Part shown: positions 12,397-21,559 of the stretch, piece by piece
Position numbering within the stretch: the first letter of the stretch is position 1
How the letters are laid out: each line of letters begins with the position of its first letter
DNA from: Mobula birostris
Lineage: Eukaryota
DNA length: 64,000 nt
Reading direction: 5' to 3'
Assembly: GCF_030028105.1 (NCBI RefSeq)
Contig: NC_092376.1
Location: 77,920,935 to 77,984,934, forward strand
Notes under the pieces: generated by a model
The model's database searches: none
The model's input: only the letters and a program-made list of their open reading frames with translations
What the model was told of the DNA's origin: nothing
Translations under genes and position numbers: made by a program

Positions 12397-14170
12397 ATGA
12401 CAGAGAAAGGAACAGCAGTAGAAATATTGAGCAGAAAATTCCCGGTGTGTCAAGGTAAGATCGTGGAAATTTCAGAAAAATGGGAAAAAAGAACTAAAGA
12501 ACTGGTCACGAAATGGCCAAGAGAAGGAACGTTTGATGTAAGCTTATGTGAGGAAATGGAAGCGCTAATTAAAAATCACAAACCCAAAGATAAATCTAAG
12601 AAAAGAAAAGGAAAAGCATAACAGGGAGCCGGCTTCGGCTCTATACCCAGACCTGAAAGACGTAGAAAAACCTTCTCCCTCTTACGAGAGAAAAACCCTT
12701 AAGCAGTGTCCGATGATAACAGGAAGAGTGGATCTAAATGGAGAAATTATAGTCTGGGATACCGAGGAGGAAAGAAAGAATCACGAAAAGGAGCAGGAGA
12801 AAAGGGAAATAGAAGAAGAGATCAAAGGGTTACAGGAATTAAAAGCGAAAAGAGATGAAGAGAAATCTTTGTTACATGGACACGGAGCTGAGCAGGCTAA
12901 AGCAGAAGGTAACTTGTCGGGTGGGCAAGAGTTAAGTAGCGAAAGAGAGGGTGCCGGAGAATGTAGGGAGAGGATAGGAGACAGGAGCCTTGAAGGGGAA
13001 AAAGAGAGAGTGAAAAGGCAGATATTAGAAACAGAGGGAGAGATTAGGGAATTACAGCGGAGACTGAATTTCCAACGAGAGTGTGAGGATTTCGCATGGA
13101 CCAAAGCAAATGCTAGCTCAAGGCAGAAAGAAAGAACTCCCCGAGGAGGCCAAGGGAGAAAGGAAACCCCGGAAAGAATCATGTGGCAGCCAGTGAAAAC
13201 GTGCTCAGAAACAGATGGGGAGTCAGGCAAGGAGGAGAGTCAGGAGATGTGGGAAAGGAAAGGAAGAATGATGCCGTTGTTAGTAAAAGGATTGGGACAA
13301 GTACAGTATATTCCTTGGGGATCCCAGGACCTGGAAGGGCTGAAAAACACCCTGCCCAGCCTACATTAGGGTGCAGGGAAATGGATTAGGGCCTTTGAGG
13401 AAGAAACCACGGGACGAATGTTGGCTATGGGAGATTTGAAGGCGCTGCGGATAAGGCTGATGGGAACCTCCGGACTGCGAGAGCTGATGGAAGCGGCTGG
13501 CATACAGAATGCGGACAGCACACTGATTGACGGGGCCAGATTTGACACGGTGAGGCAGAGGGTATGGGGGGCCCTCAGGGAGCTCTATCCACCCAAAATG
13601 GACCCCAAAGCCATGAAAAGGGATCCACTGGGAGACACTGAAAATCCAGTAGCCTACATAGAAAATCAGTTGAAAACGTGGAGACTGGAAATTGAACGAG
13701 GTGGAAGGCAGCCCGTTTCTGACCTGGATGTTCCGGAGTGCTGTTTTGGATGCGATGCCTTCCCAAGTTAAGTCTAAACTTGAGGAAGTGGCCGGACTGA
13801 TGTCAATGACCCCTCAGGAATTCAGGGACCACGTAGCCCATACGGTCGAAAAATATCGAAAAGATAAACGAAAGTTGACTGAGCAGCAAGAAGCAAAGAA
13901 AGCTGATACAAATGCAGCTTGGAGAACTTAAAAAGAAGGAAAAAGAAAAAGGCAAGAAGATGCAGCCGGCAATGACCGATTTAAGCACAGCCGTTGAAAT
14001 GAATGAAATGCCATTATGTGGAGGGACCGGTCCGGAAAAACCCCATGCCAATAATAAACGTCTTTGGGGGAGCATTTCCAACAAATGCCCTATCAGGGAC
14101 AGAATAAATTTAAACAGCAGCCCAGACAGGACTGGAAATCCCAAGGAAAGGGGCAGAGAGATAACAGCTA
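12397..14170 (+). pseudogene. gag: ERV gag, broken by stops and frameshifts; no NC zinc knuckle seen
   Basis: MTEKGTAVEIL..KWPREGTFD matrix-like start, E/K-rich coiled coil, capsid-like YIPWGSQDL..LPSLH*GAGKWIRAFEE; ORFs 12397, 12713, 13418, 13692, 13912. Confidence 0.8.
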
Positions 14171-16762
14171 GATAGGTTACCATCTATTCTGTGGTCACAA
14201 CATGACATGGATGTAGGGAAAATAAGAACAGCTAGTCCGGTAGAAATAAAGCTGAACAAGGGAGTAGTTCCACCCAGGAGACCACAATATCCCCTGAAAC
14301 CAGAGGCAGTAGAGGGAATAGCGCCAACGATACAGGGGCTACTGGAGGCAGGAGTACTAAGGACAGACAGCCCATGTAATACCCCACTGTTACCTGTCCT
14401 TAAAGCGGGTAAATCTAAATGGAGACTGGTACGTGACTTGCGAGCGGTGAATGAGGTAATGGAGGACTGGCCAGCGGTAGTTCCCAACCCACACACGCTC
14501 TTGACTAATGTTCCACCAGAGGCAGACTATTTTTCGGTGATTGATTTGTGTTCGGCTTTTTTCAGCGTTCCCCTGGCAGATCAGTGTCAGTACCTATTTG
14601 TATTTACATACAGAAACAACCAGTATACCTACACTAGAACGCCTCAAGGATTTAAACATTCACCACACGTATTTAATCAAGTGTTAAAGGCGGACCTAGA
14701 GGGCATATCGTTGAAAAGAACATTGATACAGTATGTGGATGATTTGTTGATTTGCTCCGAAAGTGAGGGACAGTGTGAACAGGATACCATAACCCTTTTA
14801 GAGAGACTGGCGCATGGAGGGCATAAGGTATCTAGAAAGAAGCTGTAATTTTGCAAGCAACAGGTGGAATACCTAGGTAGAGTGATATCCAAGGGAGTGA
14901 AGGCGACAGCGCCGGATCAAATTGAGGCTATAACTAAAGCTCCCAAGCCCCAGACAGTGAGACAGATGATGACGTTTCTGGGACTGACAGGATATAGTTC
15001 AGATTGGATTGGGGAATATGCTGAAATTGTAACGCCACTAAGGAAAATAATGAAGGAAGCAGGACATACAAGCTTGGGGAGTAATCTACAGTGTGGAAAC
15101 AGAGAGGTTTTAAAAAGAGCAATGGAGATCCCATACAGCACTGTCAGCAGATTTTAGATCTAATAAAAGCGCTGATGAAACCTAAAGCACTGGCTATAGT
15201 AAAATGACAGGCACATAAAAAAGGAAATGATGCAGTAACAAAGGGAAATCAAGCTGCAGATGAAGCAGCCAGGAAAGCGTCTGGGTGTACATCCGCTGTT
15301 ATTGCACCCCAGGTAAGTCTAGAGCCGGAACCTATGGTAGAGGACCTAATTGAAATACAGGGAAAGGCAACTTTGGCAGAACAAACACTGTGGAGACGAA
15401 GGGGGCGCCAAGCAAATCCCAGAAGGCCTATGGACCATGGAAGATGGCCTACTGGTAGCTCCCACCCCTTTACTGACTATCCTGATCTCAGAAGCACATG
15501 GGATGGATCATTGTGCAAGGGGGGAAGTAATAAGGAAAATAAAAAAGGATGGATTTTGGTCGCCTTATTTACAGGCTTCAGTAGACCATGTGTTGTCACA
15601 GTGTGAGGTATGTGTGTAGAATAATAATCGGAAAGGAATTACAACCCCAATAGGTCATATACCCGTACCTGAAGGGCCATTTAAACACCTAGTGATTGAC
15701 TATGTAGACATGATAAAAACAGTAAGAGGGAAAAGATACATGTTGGTGGTAATCGACAGATTCAGCAGATGGGTAGAGGCAGTACCCTCGAAAGATCAAG
15801 GGGCAGGAACAGTGGTGAAATTCCTGACAAACGAAGTGATCCCAAGGTTTGGGATACCGACAGAAATTAGCTGAGACAATGGTTCAGCTTTCATCCAAAA
15901 AGTGGTCAAGTTAGTTCTGCGAGCACTGAGAATAAAGCAGAGATTCGGATGTGTGTATCACCCTCAGTCGCAGGGTATGGTGGAAAGAATTAACGGGACC
16001 TTAAAAGCCAAACTAAACAAAATCTGTGCAGATACTAAACTCAACTGGGTCGATGCACTACCATTAGCATTAATGAGTTACCGCACGCAGACTAATCGGA
16101 TGACGTGTCTAACACCGCATGAAATGCTAACCAGAAGGCCCATGCCAGTGCCCCAGTGGAGAGGACCATATAAAGGGCCTAGTTTGGAACAACTGGAAAT
16201 GGAATTAAAACAATGCATGCGGCAATTAACTATGATACATAAGTCTATTTATGTACAGGAAAAACAGAAAGAGCCAGAGATTGATGAAGGGGAAGGACCA
16301 ATCAAGCCAGGCGATCAGGTCTACGTGCGAGCGTTTCAAAGAAAGTGGAACGAACCCAGAAGGGAAGGGCCCTTTACAGTAACCAAAGCTTCACCCACCA
16401 CAGTTCAAGTGGAAGGACGCTCCACCTGGTATCATCTCAATCACTGCATTAGAGCAGTCTCACAGGTACAGTCAGGTGGGCCACCCGAGGTAAGTGATGA
16501 AGAGGAACAAACAGTAGGGGACAGGCAAGAGCAACAAGAAACTGATACTGAACCGCAGGAGCTTGACCAAGTAATAAGGGAAATTTTTGGTCCTGAGGAC
16601 AGGCCAGAAGACCCTAAGGATGGGGTTATGGATGGTAGTACTCTTTCAGATAATGGGGATGACTTGGGGGCGACCAGTCTTGCCCCTCGGGGTGATACAC
16701 TCAGATACTCTTGTGCAGACTTGGAGACCATTAATTTGGCAGATGTGGCATGGGACTGTTAG
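14171..16762 (+). pseudogene. pol: ERV pol (RT, partial RNase H, integrase); protease and RT connection region deleted
   Basis: SPCNTPLLPV, WRLVRDLRAVN, IDLCSAFFSVP, PQGFKHSP, QYVDDLL; RNase H tail (GHKKGND..GNQAADEAA); IN H-H-C-C, IDYVDM, DNGSAF, YHPQSQGMVERINGTLK and GPY/F-like WNEPRREGPF. Confidence 0.92.
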
Positions 16763-18254
16763 GATCCCACCAAACCTGAGAGAAAGGAGTAAGAGGAGCA
16801 CAATGGGTTACCTCCGTACCATGGTACCAGAATATATGGTACCAATGGGCAAATTATACAGCAGGGATGATGAAGAGACAGAATTGTTAACTATGCTCAA
16901 GGGCAAGTCCGGTGCAATATGTAGTCCCCATGCCTTATAACTCCTCCAACTGCACGCAATGGCGAAAGGAGCGGAGGGGGCAGTGTGCGCAGCAGTGTCC
17001 AAGTATAGTGAAGACCTGCAGTATGGGAATTTGTAGCGGGATAGATCCTTGTTATCGGAAATGTATTGATAACACACCAATGTGCCCTTATTGGTGTATG
17101 TTATACCAGGCTTCCTCACAGTATGATCAAAACAAGCTTGCCTCTAACTGTAATTACAGCAGACCGTGGGCTATGAATAAAAGAAGCCAGACACCCACTT
17201 TGGGAAAGCTCAAAGTGCAGGAGCATTTGAGTTATGAATATTTCACACGGACGGGTGATCTCTTGGTTGGACATTTCAGTGGTAACTGTGCTAAGACTTG
17301 GGATGTAACCCCAGGCCAGAGATACAAGACAGGTACCCCTCCACCCGATGGTGCACTGGATGCCCAGACCATCCCGTTAGCAGATACCTAGTGGCTTTGT
17401 GGGAAGGAGGGAGGTCTGAGATCCACGCTCCCCCTCGGTTGGACAAGTACATGTACATGAGTTATGCTGATTCAAGAAGTTGTAGTATCTCCTGAAGTAC
17501 AATTTGACGCTCTGAAGCAGCAGATACTGCGACGAAGGAAGAGAAAATATGAACCTGATCCAACAATCCAAATCGACAGTATAGGACAGCCGAGAGGTAT
17601 ACCTAATGAATTTAAGGCAAGAAATGAGATTGCTGCGGGCTGGGAGGCACTTACACCTATAATAGGGGTTAGTAAAAATGTTGAATGGATAAATTATATA
17701 TATATTATAATCAACAGAGATTCATCAACTACACTGATGATGCACTAGAGGCCTTGGGGCAGCAGCTAGATGCAACCAGTAGAGTGGCGTGGCAGAATAG
17801 GCAGGTACTAGACTGGCTATTGGCAGAGAAAGGAGGGGTTTGTGTAACATTTGGGGAAAAGTGCTGTACTTCTATACCGAATAACACTAGTCCGGAGGAA
17901 TCGTTTACCAGAGCAATGAATAAACTGAAAAATCTAAGAAAGGAAGTTAAACAAAATGCAGGGTTTGGACACCAGTTCTTTGACTGGTTAGATAGTAAAC
18001 TAGGAGGATGGGGAGCATGGCTGACCAAGACTGCAGTAACCATTGGTATTGTATTGCTAAGCTGTGCGGTCATTCTGTGCTGTTTTCTTCTATGCCTCAA
18101 GTCGCTTGTAGTGCGTGCTGCAATGAAACGGTTTCCGATGCTCCTGGAAATTGTTGGGTCGAGCCCTACGGAGAAAGAAGCACCGATGATGTATTCATAC
18201 AGTCTACGAGACATGCAAGACGAACAAGAGAGAGATGAGATATGTGGGGATTAG
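16620..18254 (+). pseudogene. env: ERV env (gamma-type TM, EnvR(b)/fish-ERV-like), frameshifted
   Basis: Signal-like MGLWMVVLFQIMGMTWG, furin site RRRKR, IDSIGQPRGIPNEFKARNEIAAG, WINYIYYNQQRFINYT, ISD-like QNRQVLDWLLAEKGGVC, CX6CC (CVTFGEKCC) and a TM helix. Confidence 0.9.
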
Positions 18255-18474
18255 GCTGCTCCTGAGTCTTTTTCCCTGTCTCAGATACGAAGGGATGGGT
18301 TTTTGGCTCAGCGGCCTAGGGAGCTAGGGAGAGAACACTTTGAGTCTTAAGCGCAGAAAACTATAGTTTAACCCAAATTTGGGAGTAAATGCGTGGCTTT
18401 ATTTGAGCTTTTGTGCATAGACTCTCAGTCCTCTCTCTCTCTGTATGAGACCCTGTGGGTCTCAAAGGGCAGAT

Positions 18475-19072
18475 TATATTGGAAAATGTAAACGCATACA
18501 TTGTATTTTCTATGTATTACAGTATTTACAATATTTACTCAACAGTATTTCAGTATTCACTCAAATGCACACATTATATTTTCTATATTTACTATGTAAC
18601 CACTGCTAGCTGAATAGAGGGTATTTATTATGTAGCCATGACTTTTGACCTAATCACTATTAATTCATGAAGAGAACTAGAATGAAATCAAGTAGGAAGA
18701 TAACAGTGGCGAGTAAGGTAATGAAATATGTGGCAGTATGTCAAAACAAGACCAATTAAGAAATAACTATGGTTAGGAATGAGGGGACACCTGGTCTAAA
18801 AAGTAAACTAGGACATAATTAAATTGGGGAGTAAAACAATAGTGGAAGGTCGAGAGCGGATGTATTGATGATATGTGATCACAGGCCGTCTGGATATGAT
18901 AATGTAGCTAAGATAGGAGATTGCTATAAAAAATGCTGTGTACAAGCCTCGATGGGCAGTCAGCTACTAGCTTTCTGATTGTCTCAGCTTTGATTTGCAA
19001 ATTAAAGTTTAAAACGTCTTGAAGGATTTTCTGCGTCTCCTTGTTGTTTGTAAGAAACGAGAAACCACGACA
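18475..19072 (+). repeat. ERV 3' LTR (about 600 bp)
   Basis: Follows the degenerate PPT AAAGGGCAGA (18464-18473). CCAAT at about 18752, TATAAA at 18925, ATTAAA at 19001, terminal CA at 19071-19072, then the TSD. The 5' boundary is approximate. Confidence 0.85.
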
Positions 19073-19540
19073 GTATCCTCTTTTATATTATTGACTAGCT
19101 TACCTTCATATTTCATCTTTGCTCTCCTTATTGCCTTTTGTGTTTCCTTTTGTTGGTTTCTAAACGCTTTGTAATCCTCTAGCTTCCTACTAATTTTGCC
19201 ACAGTATGCCCTCACTTTTGTTTTTATGCTGGCTTTGATTTCCCTTGTCAGTCATGGTTGCCTCATCTTCCCTTTAGAGTACTATTTCTTCTTTGGGATG
19301 AATCTATCAGCTTTCCAGATTGCTCCCAGAAACCCCAGCCATTGCTGCTCTGCCATCTTCCATACTAGTGTCCCCTTCCAATCAACTTTGGCCGGCTCCT
19401 CTCTCAAGCCTCTGTAATTCCCTTTACTCCACTGTAGTACTGATACATCAGATTTTAGCTTCTATGTCTCAAACTGTAGGGTGAATTCTATCATATTATG
19501 ATTCCTGCCTCCTAAGAGTTCCCTCACCTTAAGTTCCCTT
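19073..19540 (-). mobile_element. CR1 LINE fragment, right half of the ERV target
   Basis: AIRRAKMKYEGKLVNNIKEDT (19009-19215 -) continues the CR1 broken at 11742. Confidence 0.85.
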
Positions 19541-19639
19541 CACCTTAACCATGTAAGTAAATCCATCGGACCTTCGTGAATGAGTGCATTTTTACTGAGA
19601 TGTCTTGTGCAAAGTAGTGACAAATTTATGCAGTGCATC

Positions 19640-20060
19640 CTTATTTTGTCTCCATAAGGTTGTGCGGTGGTCACTCCTACCGACACCATCATGGTTAGGT
19701 GCATCTGCAACAGGTGGATTGGTGAGGACAAGGTTAAGTAGGTTTTCACTCCTGTTGGTTCCTTCACCACCTGCTGCAGACCCACTCTTACAACAATGTC
19801 CTTTAGCTCCCGGCCAACTCAGTCAGTAGTGGGATTATTGAGCTCTACTTGGTGATGGACCTTAAAGACTCAGAGAACATTCTGCACTTTTGCCACACTC
19901 AATCCTTCCTCCAAGTAGTGATCAACAAGGAGTACCATTGATTCATGAACAAAAGTGTCAGTAGATGATAATCACCAGAAGGTTTCCTCATTCAGGTTTA
20001 AATTGAGGCCATGAGATCTCTTGGATTAAGGAGTTAGTACTGAGAATTCCCAGGCTGTTC
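19640..20060 (-). mobile_element. Old LINE endonuclease fragment
   Basis: GLQQVVKEPT followed by a degenerate LDL.LTN EN motif. Confidence 0.45.
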
Positions 20061-20396
20061 CCTTCTAACTGTGTTTAACCGTGTGTGGGTGGGAATAATT
20101 GAATAAAATACATAAAACCCATTTTAAAACTTCTAGAAATACGTAAAAATGAAAAAAATAAAGATAGTTGGAGTCCCTTTACAGACTTGGGCTGGAGAAG
20201 CTATTAAGGGGAATAAACAAATGTCATAAATAATATAAAGCTTTTTTTGTCTGTCATAACAGTAGGAAACACTGAAAATCTCCTGGCAGTAATGGAAAAC
20301 AATAAGTCTTAAGTCCATGAGCAGCTGAAAGGAATAGACATTGACTTATTCCCATGTTTTGAAAGAGATTACATGGAAACAATAATAGAAATTCCA

Positions 20397-21525
20397 CAGG
20401 TGCTGGAAATCCAAAGCAACACACACAAAAATGCTGAAGGAACTCAAAAGGTCAAGCAGCATTTATGGAATTGAGAAAACAGTAGAACTTTGGCCAAGAC
20501 CCTTCTGCAGGACTGGAAAGGAAAGGGAAAGGGAAGGGTGATAGCTGGAAGGTGATAGGTGAAGCCAGGTGGGTGGAAAAGGTAAAGGGCTGGAGAGAAA
20601 GAAATGTGATCGGAGATGAGAGTGAACTGTAGGAGAAAAGGAAAGGGAAGGAGGAGGGGACCCAGGGGAGGTGAATAGCAGGTGAGAAGAGGTAAGAGGC
20701 CAGGGTGGGGTATAGAAGAAGAGGGGAGGGGGAGGGAAAATAAATTACTGGAAGGACTCCGACCGTGCAGCCCCGGCAGCCGGGCCTGATGGCGCAGATG
20801 GCAAGCACGGCGGCAGGAGTGGCGTGGGCTCAGCAGTGGGCCACGTCATGGGGAGCGCACCGACCGGCGCCTTCAGTGGTGGAAGTGGCTCGGAGCCAGC
20901 CAGGGCAGATGTCACCTACCAGAAGCCTCCAGTGGCAGCCCCACCAGCCCAACTTCATTCCCAAGACTTCAGACCCTGCCAGTACAAAATGAAACAGTTT
21001 CTGGAGTGTGCCCAGAACCAGCATGACCTAACCCTCTGTGACGGTTTCAATGAGGTGCTGATGCAATGTTGCTCTGCACACAGTGTATATTGAAGTGGAA
21101 GTTGCCTGACGAAGGATTGTGAAGATTCCTGTTGTGTCCCATTTAATTTTAGTGATGAGGCTACAGAGACCAGAATAATGTATGATTGTTAAATGTGAAT
21201 AAAATGTTTAAAAAAAAAATTACTGGAAGGAGAAATTGATATTCATGCCATCGGGTTGGAGGCTACCCAGATGGAATATAAGGTGTTGTTCCTCCATCCT
21301 GAGGGTGGCCTCATCTTGGCACAATAGGAGGCCATGTACTGACATGTTGGAATGGGAACGGGAATTAATATTAAAATGTTTGGCCACCGAGAAGTTCCAC
21401 CTTTAATGGATGGAGTGGAGGTGCTCGACGAAGCATTCCCCAATGTCTGACAGTTCTCACCAATGTAGAGGAGGCTGCATCGGGAGCACCGGACACAACA
21501 GACAGCTCCAACAGGTTTGCAGGTG
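20397..21525 (-). mobile_element. Penelope-like element 3' part (GIY-YIG endonuclease and pLTR), interrupted by a retrocopy
   Basis: 21243-21542(-) AVCCVRCSRCSLLYIGE; homologous to 50488-50814; terminal TGCTGGAAATCCAAAGCAACACACAC motif. Confidence 0.85.
20757..21219 (+). pseudogene. CHCHD2: 5'-truncated processed pseudogene of the CHCHD2/CHCHD10 family
   Basis: PRQPGLMAQMASTAAGVA / GSAVGHVMGSAPTGAFSGG..EPARADVTYQ..PCQYKMKQFLECAQNQHDLTLCDGFNEVLMQC (twin CX9C). Intronless, frameshift at about 20824, AATAAA at 21198, poly(A) at 21210-21219, TSD AAATTACTGGAAGGA at 20742-20756 and 21217-21231. Paralog assignment uncertain. Confidence 0.92.
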
Positions 21526-21559
21526 TGTGTGTGTGTATACATTTGTTGTTTTAGTTATA

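Larger units (their letters stand above)
11743..19072 (+). mobile_element. Endogenous retrovirus (class I, epsilon-like fish lineage), gag-pol-env, defective; only a 3' LTR is present
   Basis: PBS at 11743, gag/RT/IN/env ORF fragments, PPT at about 18464, LTR ending in CA at 19072, TSD GTAT at 11739-11742 and 19073-19076. Confidence 0.93.

Noticed and set aside
20765-21093. Functional CHCHD2/10 gene
   Set aside because: 5'-truncated (no start or targeting peptide), frameshifted near 20824, intronless, with poly(A) and TSD.
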